From Deinococcales bacterium (lineage in GTDB: Bacteria; Deinococcota; Deinococci; Deinococcales; JAAFIG01), in contig JANNVX010000086.1 in assembly GCA_031414595.1 (NCBI GenBank), forward strand, positions 32,001 through 96,000: 64,000 nt of DNA, in the 5' to 3' direction. Shown piece by piece: positions 29,034-38,572 of this stretch (position 1 is the first letter of the stretch; each line of letters opens with the position of its first letter). The translations under genes were made by a program, and so were the position numbers. The notes beneath the pieces are model-generated. The model ran no database searches. It saw nothing but the letters and a program-made list of their open reading frames with translations, and was not told where the DNA came from.

Positions 29034-29777
29034 TAAATCACGCAGGGTTTGCAGGTATTCACGGTGTGTAAAATCAAGCCGCAAAGGTGTGACCGAAATA
29101 AAACCTTGTTCAACCGCCGTGTAATCCGAATCCGCTTCGGTGTCGCCTGTCGCCACACCACCGACCCAATAATAGGTTTTACCTTCTGGGTCGCGTCGTT
29201 CAGAAACATTATCCTCGTAATGATGTGTGCCTTGTACCGTCACCCGCACACCTTTGGGAATACCGGTGGGGATATTGACGTTCAGTACAGTTTTACTCGG
29301 TAAGCCCTGCTCGAGAATCTGAGCCGCCAAAACCCGAGCAAAGGCGGCACTGTGTGCATAATCCATATCATCGGAAAACGACTGGCTAAAAGCAATACTG
29401 GGGATTCCAATGTGCGTCCCTTCGATGGCACAAGCAAACGTTCCAGAATGGGTTAAATCGTAGCCAAGGTTCGGTCCGTAATTGATGCCGCTAACCACCA
29501 AATCTGGTTTGCCAAGCTGATGAACCCCCATCACCACACAATCGGTCGGTGTGCCATCCACACGGTAGGCTTTAATACTTGGATGTAAGCCCTCGAGCTT
29601 GGTTGACTTAAAACGCAACGGACGACGAATTGTAATCCCGTGTCCGACACCAGATTGTTCAAATTCAGGGGCAACAATCACCACATTGGCAAGGTCGGCA
29701 AGGGCGTTAGCAAGGGCGAGAAGTCCATGACTGTAAACACCATCGTCGTTAGCCACCAAAATTGTTTTTCGGTTCAT
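29025..29777 (-). CDS. surE: 5'/3'-nucleotidase SurE
   Basis: ILVANDDG, EQSG.GH, GTPTDCV, VSGINYGPN, SGT. Confidence 0.95.
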   Translation of the reverse strand: MNRKTILVANDDGVYSHGLLALANALADLANVVIVAPEFEQSGVGHGITIRRPLRFKSTKLEGLHPSIKAYRVDGTPTDCVVMGVHQLGKPDLVVSGINYGPNLGYDLTHSGTFACAIEGTHIGIPSIAFSQSFSDDMDYAHSAAFARVLAAQILEQGLPSKTVLNVNIPTGIPKGVRVTVQGTHHYEDNVSERRDPEGKTYYWVGGVATGDTEADSDYTAVEQGFISVTPLRLDFTHREYLQTLRDLLT

Positions 29778-29811
29778 CAGGCTAGGATTCTACGCTTTTG
29801 CCTTTCGCCTT

Positions 29812-30558
29812 TTGGGTTATGCTTATTCGGTGTTGGATTTATGTTTAATTGTGGCGCATCCCGATGACGAATGCTACGGCACTGGTGGGACATTGGCAGA
29901 ATATGCCGCCAAAGGGCTAAAAACGGGCTTAATCACCCTAACCAAAGGCTCGAGTGGACGCAGCTTGGGCTTGTGTTCCCAAGAAGAACTGCCAGAATTT
30001 AGAGCCAAAGAGTTAATGGGCAGTGTCCAAGCGCTGAGCATCAGCAATTTTGTACATCTCGAGTACCCCGACGCAGCCCCAGCCGCTCGGGACAGCAACC
30101 ATAAAGATGACGCGCCAGCCTTGTTTTTGGGCGGTTTACAAGATTTTGTCCCCCAAGCCACGGCTGAAGTTGTGGCGCTGCTCGAGACTTGGCAACCCAA
30201 AGTGGTGATTACTTTTGCAGCCGATGGTGGTAATCGGCATCCAGACCATGTGGCTTCGCATTTTATTACCATGGCTGCCCTCGAGCAAACTGGGTTGTTA
30301 GCCAAAGGCACAAAGGTTTTTGCCTTTGCCAATCCGATGTTACTCAATCCAGACTGGGCAGATACATGGTTGCCACCAACCCATTTTCGGGATGTGACGG
30401 CGCATTTAGTGCCAAAATTTAAGGCAATTGCCTCGCACCGCACCCAAGCCTTGTCCACAGTCGGGTTTTTAGCAAGGCTACCTGAACGGGTTGCCCTCGA
30501 GACTTTCAGGCAACTCGTGCCAAAGTTAGATAATACAGAACCACAATCCGAGTTCTAA
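29812..30558 (+). CDS. PIG-L/LmbE family deacetylase
   Basis: AHPDDE and HPDH motifs, H.TQ; exact start uncertain. Confidence 0.9.
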   Translation: MGYAYSVLDLCLIVAHPDDECYGTGGTLAEYAAKGLKTGLITLTKGSSGRSLGLCSQEELPEFRAKELMGSVQALSISNFVHLEYPDAAPAARDSNHKDDAPALFLGGLQDFVPQATAEVVALLETWQPKVVITFAADGGNRHPDHVASHFITMAALEQTGLLAKGTKVFAFANPMLLNPDWADTWLPPTHFRDVTAHLVPKFKAIASHRTQALSTVGFLARLPERVALETFRQLVPKLDNTEPQSEF

Positions 30559-30573
30559 GGTAGACTGTGTTTA

Positions 30574-31554
30574 ATGAACCAATTTGAAGCACCAGCCAGA
30601 ACAGTTCTGACCGCCAAAGACCCGAGCATCGAAGCCCAAAGTGTCTCGAAACGCTATGGGCGTTATCCTGTGCTGGAAGCGGTTTCGTTTAAGGTACTGC
30701 CCGGCGAAGTGTATGCTTTAGCAGGACCAAACGGCGCGGGCAAAACCACTTTAATTCGGATTATCACCGGTTTATCCTTTCCGACTTCTGGCAAAATCCT
30801 GCTTTGCGGCGAGGATGTTCACACTGGGGGTTCAAAAGTACGCCGAGCTTTAGGCGCAGTGGTCGAAGCACCGGCAGCCTTTTATCCGCACATGACCGGA
30901 CGCGACAACCTGATGGCTCATGCCAAATTAGCTGGTGGGGTGGGATTTTCTACCGACCACCGCAATCCGCTATTGTTAGACGAGAACCGCATCCGCGAAG
31001 TGATTACCAATGTCGAACTGACCCGAATGCAAGACCGTTTTGTGCGCGAATACAGCCTAGGGCAACGCCAACGCCTCGGACTCGCCGCCGCCATCCTGAC
31101 CAACCCTCGAGTGCTGGTTTTGGATGAACCGACCAGTGGACTAGACCCCTTGGGCATCAACCTTGTTCACCGTGTTTTATCGGGCATGGCAGCCACGGGT
31201 ACAGCCGTGATTCTAAGCACCCACCACCTGCGCGAAGTCAGTCAGTACGCCCACCGCGTCGGTATCCTCTCGAGCGGCAAGTTATTAGACGAAGTAGACC
31301 TAGGCGCACGCAGTAGCGCTTACCGTTTTAGGGTAGATGATGCCCCTCGAGCCGCTGCCGCCATGTCAACCCAACCCTTTGTGGTGCGTTCCTTTGCCCG
31401 TCCGCCTTATGTGATTGTCCATTTGGATTCTGAACTTCGCGCCCCAGATGCCATCCGAGCCTTGGCAGTCGAAGGTATCCGAATGTTTGAAGCCAACCCA
31501 GACCATTTTGATTTATACGAGTATTACCGTGAACGGGTCGAAAGAGAATTTTAA
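30574..31554 (+). CDS. ABC transporter ATP-binding protein
   Basis: GPNGAGKTT, YSLGQRQRL, LDEPTSGLDP, STH. Confidence 0.95.
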   Translation: MNQFEAPARTVLTAKDPSIEAQSVSKRYGRYPVLEAVSFKVLPGEVYALAGPNGAGKTTLIRIITGLSFPTSGKILLCGEDVHTGGSKVRRALGAVVEAPAAFYPHMTGRDNLMAHAKLAGGVGFSTDHRNPLLLDENRIREVITNVELTRMQDRFVREYSLGQRQRLGLAAAILTNPRVLVLDEPTSGLDPLGINLVHRVLSGMAATGTAVILSTHHLREVSQYAHRVGILSSGKLLDEVDLGARSSAYRFRVDDAPRAAAAMSTQPFVVRSFARPPYVIVHLDSELRAPDAIRALAVEGIRMFEANPDHFDLYEYYRERVEREF

Positions 31555-31646
31555 GCTATGAGTCTCGAGCTACGGGCTATGAGCTATGAGCTATAAGGAA
31601 AATCACACCCACGGTTCACCTTTTAACCCTTTCACCTTTTAACCCT
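31554..31646. repeat. Intergenic short tandem repeats (GAGCTAT heptamers; TTCACCTTTTAACCCT x2)
   Basis: AGCTATG AGTCTCG AGCTACG GGCTATG AGCTATG AGCTAT; 16-mer at 31615 and 31631. Confidence 0.75.
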
Positions 31647-31663
31647 GCCCTTAAAGGAATCCC

Positions 31664-32488
31664 ATGACAAAAAATCTTTCTAATCGCGTTGGTTACGGTG
31701 TTCTTTCGCTCGAGTTCCGTAAATTACTGGGTTTTCGCAGTGTGCGGCTTGGTTTGCTGGTGGCTTTTATTCTGCCAGCCATTCTGACGCTTGCCCCCGA
31801 TGAGGGAATCGCCCAAGTGATTGGGGCGGATGTGATTCTGGTTTCGGGTTGGCAAGTTCCCGGGATGGCGCTCTATATCATGATGCCGTTTATGTTGCCG
31901 TTACTGACGGCTGTGACTTGTGCCGAGTTGGTTGGCGGCGAAATGGACTGGGGGACACTGCGCCCGTTGTTACTGCGCCCAGTCTCGAGAACCCGTGTGA
32001 TTCTTTCTAAGCTGATGGTAGCCATGCTCTACCCATTTTTGCTGCTTTTAAGCACCTTGTTTGGTGGTTTGTTGGTCGGCGGAATTCGCTTTGGCTTGGG
32101 TACATTTTTGGGAGGCACGGGCTTAGGCGATGGTGCTTTTGTCGGGGTTGGCGAACTTGCACCTTTTAGTGCTTTAGCCGAACTTGCCCAAGGATATATG
32201 ATTTCTGGTGTAATTTTATCGCCAATTGCAGTTCTGGCGATTGTTTTTGGGGTGCTGTACTTAAATACCGCAGCCGCAGCCTTGGCGGGGGTTGGCAGTA
32301 TTTTGATGATGGGAATGCTGAAAGTCTTTGTCTGGTTGCGCCCGTTACTCTTAACCGAACATTTGGATGCGTACTCACCGTTACGAGCAAGCACCTACAC
32401 CACCCAGCAATCCCTTATTTTGCTGATTATTTACACAAGCATTGGAATTGTTGCCAGTATGCTCATTTTTGAACGTAAGGACTTATAA
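31664..32488 (+). CDS. ABC-2 type permease
   Basis: GGE.DWGTLR.LLLRPVSRTRVILSK; C-terminal FERKDL; multiple TM helices. Confidence 0.9.
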   Translation: MTKNLSNRVGYGVLSLEFRKLLGFRSVRLGLLVAFILPAILTLAPDEGIAQVIGADVILVSGWQVPGMALYIMMPFMLPLLTAVTCAELVGGEMDWGTLRPLLLRPVSRTRVILSKLMVAMLYPFLLLLSTLFGGLLVGGIRFGLGTFLGGTGLGDGAFVGVGELAPFSALAELAQGYMISGVILSPIAVLAIVFGVLYLNTAAAALAGVGSILMMGMLKVFVWLRPLLLTEHLDAYSPLRASTYTTQQSLILLIIYTSIGIVASMLIFERKDL

Positions 32489-32504
32489 CTCAGTTCTCGA
32501 GGCG

Positions 32505-32984
32505 CTACGATTCCGAGCCAAGCAACCTGACCATATGTTTGGCTTTGGTGTCCTTGTAGCCTTCACGGGTGGCAATCACATCAAGGTGGCTATCGGCAAG
32601 CAAATGAAGTTCGTAAACCGCACCATCAAAAGCACTTTTGGTGACACAATGCAGCAAGCCCGGTAAGCAACCCGGGGGGGCATCGGGGTGAACCCGAATA
32701 CTCGAGACCCAGACAAAAGCCTTATCGCCCATCCAAACACTCTGCGCCAAAATAAAACCATAGACGGTACTAGGCAAGGTTTCGGACTGGGTACTGGCAT
32801 CTATTGCCACAAAACTATGTTCGCTTCTGGCATAGAACAGCAGCGCTGGTAAACTGCTGCGTAAAGCGGCTGTTCGGTCTTTTTGGCTTAACGAATCAAA
32901 ATTGGCATTCTCGAGCCGAGCAAGTTCTAAATCCAGAGCCTGCATTCCGGGGTAATCCATTTCACAAGGAGGGCGGTAAATCAT
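32505..32984 (-). CDS. DUF1999-like GNAT-fold protein (Deinococcota)
   Basis: SLPALLFYARSEHSFVA...GFILAQSVW.GD...KSAFD.AVYE; probable start MIYRP. Confidence 0.7.
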   Translation of the reverse strand: MIYRPPCEMDYPGMQALDLELARLENANFDSLSQKDRTAALRSSLPALLFYARSEHSFVAIDASTQSETLPSTVYGFILAQSVWMGDKAFVWVSSIRVHPDAPPGCLPGLLHCVTKSAFDGAVYELHLLADSHLDVIATREGYKDTKAKHMVRLLGSES

Positions 32985-33029
32985 GAGGAGCAGTTTAACC
33001 AATTCAGGCAATTAAAGTTGGGAATGCGA

Positions 33030-33089
33030 ACACCCGCCGTTGGGGAGCGGCGGGTGTGGTTAAACAGCGCGTTTGGGGAAGGACGCGCT
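33030..33089 (-). other. Tandem GC-rich hairpins with a shared TCCCCAA loop (terminator or 3'-derived sRNA)
   Basis: Stems ACACCCGCCG/CGGCGGGTGT and AGCGCGT/ACGCGCT; both loops contain TTGGGGA (plus strand). Confidence 0.55.
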
Positions 33090-33094
33090 AAGGG

Positions 33095-33463
33095 CTAGTC
33101 AAAAATATCGAAAATTCTACCCAAGGTACTTTTCTTCTTTTTGCCGTATTCATTACCATAACGACGGCGGTCATCGTCATTATCATCGTCTTCGCGGCGA
33201 TAACGTGGGTCTGGCTGGGCATAACGTGGGTCTGGTTGAGTACGTGGGTCTGGCTGGGCATACTGCGGCACTTGTGGGGCTGGGACTCGAGGAGCAATTG
33301 GTTCGCCGTATTCGCGTTCCATTTCACGGGCGACTTGCAGCAGTTTCTCGAGTTCCCCACGGTCTAACCAGACCCCTTTGCATTCAGGGCAGACATCAAT
33401 CGTCACGCCGTTTTTGTTCATTTCCATCAGGGGCGTACCATCTATTGGACAGAGCTTTTGCAT
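33095..33463 (-). CDS. zf-TFIIB zinc-ribbon domain protein
   Basis: CPID...IDVCPECKGVWLDRGELEKL; QPDPR(Y/T) repeats; KKKKS.LG.IFD tail. Confidence 0.85.
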   Translation of the reverse strand: MQKLCPIDGTPLMEMNKNGVTIDVCPECKGVWLDRGELEKLLQVAREMEREYGEPIAPRVPAPQVPQYAQPDPRTQPDPRYAQPDPRYRREDDDNDDDRRRYGNEYGKKKKSTLGRIFDIFD

Positions 33464-33464
33464 T

Positions 33465-33560
33465 TTACTTCCTTCCTTTAGTTTTTACGGGAATGGGCTT
33501 CGGGGTTCTTAAGACGATTAAAACTGCAATTCCGACAAGTCCTAGGGCAATCAGTTCCAT
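33465..33560 (-). CDS. 31-aa single-TM small protein
   Basis: RBS AGGAG then ATG 33560; MELIALGLVGIAVLIVLRTPKPIPVKTKGRK; fills the terC to zf-TFIIB gap exactly. Confidence 0.6.
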   Translation of the reverse strand: MELIALGLVGIAVLIVLRTPKPIPVKTKGRK

Positions 33561-33567
33561 GTTTCTC

Positions 33568-34566
33568 CTACGTAGTAATGGGTTTAGAGGTGCTGTCATC
33601 ATCTTTGGTTTTGATAAGGCTGTAAACAATTCCAGCCCCAAGAATAACGAAGGTAATAACCAGTGAGATGATTGGGTCGAGTTTGCCAAAAATTTGATTA
33701 AAGAAGACTTTGCCACCAATAAATATCAGCACGATACTGAGCGAATACTTAAGGTACTTGAAGCGGTGAATCATGGCAGCCAAGGCAAAGTACAAAGCCC
33801 TTAAGCCAAGAATTGCAAAGATGTTACTGGTGTAGACAATAAACGGGTCGGTGGTGATGGCAAAAATGGCTGGGACGCTATCTACTGCAAAGACCAAATC
33901 GGCAACTTCAACCAGAATTAAGGCAAGAAATAAGGGAGTGGCAAACCGCGCCAATTTGCCTGTTTTCGGGTCTGGTTTCTGCACAAAGAACTTCTCGCCA
34001 TGCAGTTCATCGGTGACTTTCATTCGGCTACGAAGAAATTTTAGGACGGGATTTTTACTCAGGTCAGTTTCGTGTTCCTTGTCGGCTATCGCATCCAAAA
34101 GCATTTTAACGCCAGTCAGTAACAAAAACGCCGCAAAGATGTACATAATCCAATCAAATTGCTGAATAAGCGTCGCACCAAGCGCAATCATGATGCCACG
34201 CAGCACAATCACACCAATAATGCCCCAGAATAGAACCCGATGCTGATACTTACGTGGAATAGCAAAATAGGTAAAAATCAGCGAAATCACAAAGATGTTA
34301 TCAAGCGCTAAGGTCTTTTCGATAAAAAAACCTGTGTAATACTGAATTGCCGATGTCTGCCCGAGTTCAAACCAAATCCAAGCCCCATAGACAAGCGCAA
34401 TGCTAATGTAAAAGGCACTCATCCAAAGCGACTGAGCCACTCCGATTTCCTCGTTTTTCTTATGCAGCACACCCAAATCCAGCACCAACAAAACCAAGAC
34501 AATCGCAATAAAAACCAACCAAATCCAAGCCGCTTTACCCAAGAACAACGCCGTTAAAAATTCCAT
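33568..34566 (-). CDS. TerC/Alx family membrane protein (manganese export)
   Basis: EKTLALDNIFV, QHRVLFWG, DLVFAVDSVPAI, TSNIFAILGLR; start MEFLT at 34566. Confidence 0.92.
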   Translation of the reverse strand: MEFLTALFLGKAAWIWLVFIAIVLVLLVLDLGVLHKKNEEIGVAQSLWMSAFYISIALVYGAWIWFELGQTSAIQYYTGFFIEKTLALDNIFVISLIFTYFAIPRKYQHRVLFWGIIGVIVLRGIMIALGATLIQQFDWIMYIFAAFLLLTGVKMLLDAIADKEHETDLSKNPVLKFLRSRMKVTDELHGEKFFVQKPDPKTGKLARFATPLFLALILVEVADLVFAVDSVPAIFAITTDPFIVYTSNIFAILGLRALYFALAAMIHRFKYLKYSLSIVLIFIGGKVFFNQIFGKLDPIISLVITFVILGAGIVYSLIKTKDDDSTSKPITT

Positions 34567-34604
34567 TTTGAACACCCCAAAAAAATAAAGAACCCGAAGC
34601 GAAA

Positions 34605-34712
34605 TGCCTCGAGTCTGGCTTTTGCTGTACGCACCGAAGCGCTCCAAGCGCTCGAATTGACGATGCACACACCTGTCTTTTTTCCCCAGACAGGAAGCTA
34701 CTCCCTCGTGAG
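34605..34712 (-). ncRNA. yybP-ykoY manganese riboswitch
   Basis: Minus strand: GAGGGAGTAGC, hairpin, CATCGTCAATT..CGGTGC..AGACTC, directly upstream of terC/alx, the canonical context. Confidence 0.8.
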
Positions 34713-34856
34713 GGGTACTTTAACAGGCTCGAGGCATACAAGTCTCGAGCCTTGGAAACATTCGCGGTTAAAAGGATGATATTTACTTGCTGAACAGAAT
34801 TTTCTCGAGTTTTGAAGATTTTCTTCTTCTTAGCAATAATCGTAGTATTTTATCGT

Positions 34857-36242
34857 CTAGGACAACTTCGGTGGCACTCGAGCTAGGGTGGCTTGTTCAA
34901 AAGCATAAGCAATCTCGAGTAATTGCGGCTCAGACCAAGCCCTACCAAGAAAAGAAATTCCAACAGGTAAACCCGTTTCGGTGTATCCAGCAGGCACAAT
35001 AATCGTTGGATACCCAGCTTTTGCACCCACACTTGAACCCCAGTAGGTCGGAAACACAAGCGCATGCACGGACTCGAGGGCAGTGTCTAAGCCAGCTTTG
35101 GCAAGGCGCAGGTCTTCGGCTCGAGCGCGGAGGTACTCGAGGCTTTTTGCACCCAGCGAACTCTGGGCAGCCAGCAGTAAAACTTGCCCATAGCGCAACA
35201 TGTTTTCGGGGTCTGCATCGTTAAAGGCAATTAACTTGGCTAAATTTTTTATTGATGTGTGGCGCAAATACTTATTTAAGTCTCGCTTAAATTCGTGAAT
35301 CAGCACTGAATAACCCAAGTTAGAAGCGGCTTTGGCTTCGGGTAAGTTGGTGTCAACCACCGTTGCCCCAAGTTGCCGCAGTACCTCGAGTGAACCTTCT
35401 AAGACGGTTTGTTCAAAGGTGCTTGGGAAATTCCAAAAGACTTCTCGAGGGATACCAAGGCGCAGACCACGCAAATCTAAGCGCTCAGGCGTAGGAATCT
35501 TAAAATTCCTTGGTTGGGTTTTGGTGATGCTGTCCTTGGTATCTTGCCCAAGCATCACCTGCAATAAAATTGCCGCGTCTTGGACAGTGCGGGTCATCGG
35601 TCCAGCCGTGTCTTGGGTACTCGAGATTGGAATAATACCGCGTCTCGAGACCAAACCAACCGTGGGTTTGATGCCAACCAAACTGTTTTGGTTACTTGGA
35701 TTAAGAATACTGCCACTGGTTTCTGTGCCAATGCCAACCACTGCAAAATGGGCAGCAATGGCAACGCCAGTTCCGCTCGAGCTTCCACCAGGCGTTAAGT
35801 TTTTATCGTAAGGATTGACGGTTTGACCCCCACGACTCGAGTAGCCACTGGGCATATTGGTGGTCATAAAATTTGCCCATTCGGTCATGTTGGTTTTGCC
35901 AAGAATAATTGCTCCTGCGGCTCGTAAGCGCCGTACAATCTCGGCGTCTTGGTTGGCAATGTGTCCTAATAACGCTCTCGAGCCAGCCGTGGTTTGCATT
36001 TGGTCATTTGTTGAAATGTTGTCTTTAATTAAGACTGGAATGCCATGCAGTAAACCACGCTGGGTTGTCTGGCGGTCAAGTTTGGCGGCGATTTCTAAGG
36101 CATCAGGGTTTAACTCGAGAACACTTCTTAAACTCGGGTCAAAGGTTTTGATTCGCGCCAAGTAAAACTCGGTCAAGCCAACGGCGGTCTGCTCACCTTT
36201 TTGCAATTGTTTTTGTGCTTTGATAATGCTCAGTTCAGTCAT
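34857..36242 (-). CDS. Amidase signature family protein
   Basis: LHGIPVLIKDN, GGSSSG, GTETSGSI, DTAGP. Confidence 0.92.
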   Translation of the reverse strand: MTELSIIKAQKQLQKGEQTAVGLTEFYLARIKTFDPSLRSVLELNPDALEIAAKLDRQTTQRGLLHGIPVLIKDNISTNDQMQTTAGSRALLGHIANQDAEIVRRLRAAGAIILGKTNMTEWANFMTTNMPSGYSSRGGQTVNPYDKNLTPGGSSSGTGVAIAAHFAVVGIGTETSGSILNPSNQNSLVGIKPTVGLVSRRGIIPISSTQDTAGPMTRTVQDAAILLQVMLGQDTKDSITKTQPRNFKIPTPERLDLRGLRLGIPREVFWNFPSTFEQTVLEGSLEVLRQLGATVVDTNLPEAKAASNLGYSVLIHEFKRDLNKYLRHTSIKNLAKLIAFNDADPENMLRYGQVLLLAAQSSLGAKSLEYLRARAEDLRLAKAGLDTALESVHALVFPTYWGSSVGAKAGYPTIIVPAGYTETGLPVGISFLGRAWSEPQLLEIAYAFEQATLARVPPKLS

Positions 36243-36358
36243 GCCCTATCTTACGTCCAGATTCCCATAGAAAAAAACTGCACTAAATCTTCATCAAATA
36301 TTCAAATGTCTACGACTATACTTTTGCGAACAAATCAAAAGCCGTATCAGGAGAAAAT

Positions 36359-37153
36359 ATGAATCATCACGAACCGCATGACCTTGGTTTAGCCGCCGAT
36401 GTCAATATGCTCAACCTAAGCCATATCAATCGGCGAAAAGCCTTGGCGATGGGCTTGGCTGGAATTGGTGCATTATTGGGATGTAATGTTCAAACGCCGA
36501 CTGACCCAAATGGATGCAGTCCAATTCCATCAGAAACAGCCGGTCCTTATCCTGCCGATGGTTCGGTGGCGTCTGGGAAATCGCTCAATGTTCTCACCCG
36601 CTCGGGGATTGTTCGCAGCGACTTACGCTCGAGTCTTGCCACCAGTACCACAGCCACAGGTGTGCTTCTGAACATCACCTTAAAATTAGTCAACACCAAA
36701 GCAAGCTGTGCTGCTCTAGCTGGGTATGCGATTTATCTTTGGCACTGCAACCAGACTGGTTTGTACTCGATGTACAGTAGCGCGGTTGTCAACGAGGATT
36801 ATTTGCGTGGGGTTCAAGTCACAGATAGTAACGGCGAAGTCACCTTTACGACCATTTTCCCGGGTTGTTATGACGGGCGTTACCCACATATTCACTTTGA
36901 AATTTATCCTTCTTTAGCCAGTGCCACCTCTGCCGCCAATAAAATTCAAACTTCGCAACTTGCCCTGCCCAGTGCAGCTTGCAACAGTGTTTATGCTTCG
37001 GCGGGGTACAGTGCCAGTAGCAATAACTTTTCTAAGACTTCTTTAAGCAGCGACAATGTTTTTTCTGATGGCTCGAGCCTACAAGTTGCTACTGCCACGG
37101 GCAGTATTGAAGCAGGCTACACTGCTAATTTAACCGTTGGTATCGCTGTTTAA
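36359..37153 (+). CDS. Intradiol ring-cleavage dioxygenase-like Tat lipoprotein
   Basis: NRRKAL signal and LLGC; ETAGPYP, LWHC...G.YS, LRGVQ, PGCYDGRYPHIH. Confidence 0.85.
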   Translation: MNHHEPHDLGLAADVNMLNLSHINRRKALAMGLAGIGALLGCNVQTPTDPNGCSPIPSETAGPYPADGSVASGKSLNVLTRSGIVRSDLRSSLATSTTATGVLLNITLKLVNTKASCAALAGYAIYLWHCNQTGLYSMYSSAVVNEDYLRGVQVTDSNGEVTFTTIFPGCYDGRYPHIHFEIYPSLASATSAANKIQTSQLALPSAACNSVYASAGYSASSNNFSKTSLSSDNVFSDGSSLQVATATGSIEAGYTANLTVGIAV

Positions 37154-37210
37154 TCACCCTGTACACCTCGCGCTTACCTTCAAGTACCAAATAGCAGTGC
37201 AGGAAGGGCT

Positions 37211-37287
37211 AGATTGCTTCACTCCGTTCGCAATGACAGGGCTTTTTTTATCGTCATTGCGAGACGAGGAACGGGGCGTGGCAATCT
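37211..37287. repeat. Inverted pair of GTCATTGCGA...GCAATC-type palindromic repeats
   Basis: AGATTGCTTC...TCGCAATGAC and GTCATTGCGAG...GGCAATCT between convergent genes. Confidence 0.7.
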
Positions 37288-37327
37288 CTCGAGATACCGT
37301 TTTCTGGTCTATTTCTTGCTAAACCGT

Positions 37328-38551
37328 TTACGCCCGTAACAAATTCAGTTTACTGCCGCGCTTGAAATCTGGGAAAACCTCAGCAATCCGCTGGTGCTTA
37401 AATCTACCCTCGAGAATTTCGGCAATAATATCGCGGTAGTCTAGGTTAAAACCAAGGTCAGCACGGTCATACAAAGCATCTGGGTGCAAACTTGGGGGTT
37501 TGCCGTACACTTTTTTACCATTGATGCTGGCGCCCAAAACCAACATCGCACCTCCATGCCCGTGGTCTGTGCCTTGGCTGGCATTTTCTTGAACTCGTCT
37601 GCCAAATTCAGAAACCACAATTGTGGTCACATGCTGATTTAAGTTGTTGCCTTCTAAGTCAGCATAAAAGGCTTTTAAGCCCAGTGCTAATTCCTCTAAA
37701 TGGTCGGCAAAGTAACCCTGTCCTTGCTCACCTTGGTATTCGTGGGTGTCCCAACCACCCAAGTCAACCGCCGCCGAACGCAGACCCAAACCAGCCCGCA
37801 GTACCGTGGCAACCGTGGCTAAATTCTTGGCAAATTCGGAATCGGGATACCCGTCAGAGACTTTACTTGGGGTAATACTCGAAGCCAATTGCAACGCCCC
37901 AAGGGTGTTACTGCCCGCTCGGTGCAGCAACGAATCACCTTTGTAGATTCGCTCGAGATTACGTGAGAGTTCTTTTCGGTACTCGGCATCGTCAGACAAC
38001 CTAAATTCCTCGAGTCTGGGAATCGCCACGGCTGCCAAATCGCCGCGTAAACTGCCCGGCATGGTGTTACCTGCCGCCAAGTTCGCACTTAACTGAACCC
38101 GAAGACTTGGGCTTGGCGCACTGGCAATGGCTCGAGCCAACCAACCACTTTTACCGATGGTTTTACCGGGTAAACCCAGTTCCATACTGGTCATCGCATC
38201 AAAATGAGACCGTGAATCAAAAGGCATTCCCGTTCCCGCCATCACCGCCATCGAACCATTCTGGTACAAATCCCAAAGTGGCTCGAGGGCTTTATGTAAA
38301 CCCCAACCATTGCCCAAACCAAGCGTCAAATTGCTCGGTACAGCCAAACTCGGACGGGCTGCCAAATAGCGTTTGCGTTCAGTATCCTCGAGCGGCGATA
38401 GTACCGAGAGCGCATCCCAACCACCACGCAAAAAAACCACCACCAAGCACTCGTTGATGGCTGGTGCAGCAAAGCTCAGACCTGTCAAACGACTACCCGC
38501 CAAAGCTGCAATTGCCCCAGAGCAACCCACTAAAAAATCACGTCGTTTCAT
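37328..38551 (-). CDS. DUF1501 Tat-exported protein
   Basis: MKRRDFL, FLRGGWD, RSHFDAM, GGWDTH, SEFGRRV.EN...GTDHGHG. Confidence 0.9.
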   Translation of the reverse strand: MKRRDFLVGCSGAIAALAGSRLTGLSFAAPAINECLVVVFLRGGWDALSVLSPLEDTERKRYLAARPSLAVPSNLTLGLGNGWGLHKALEPLWDLYQNGSMAVMAGTGMPFDSRSHFDAMTSMELGLPGKTIGKSGWLARAIASAPSPSLRVQLSANLAAGNTMPGSLRGDLAAVAIPRLEEFRLSDDAEYRKELSRNLERIYKGDSLLHRAGSNTLGALQLASSITPSKVSDGYPDSEFAKNLATVATVLRAGLGLRSAAVDLGGWDTHEYQGEQGQGYFADHLEELALGLKAFYADLEGNNLNQHVTTIVVSEFGRRVQENASQGTDHGHGGAMLVLGASINGKKVYGKPPSLHPDALYDRADLGFNLDYRDIIAEILEGRFKHQRIAEVFPDFKRGSKLNLLRA

Positions 38552-38572
38552 TAGGACTCCTTCGCCTTCTCT

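Noticed and set aside
33073-33666. 197-aa plus-strand ORF and similar antisense ORFs across the window
   Set aside because: Shadow ORFs opposite well-supported genes.
34567-34668. N-terminal extension of terC
   Set aside because: It overlaps the riboswitch; the plausible start is 34566.
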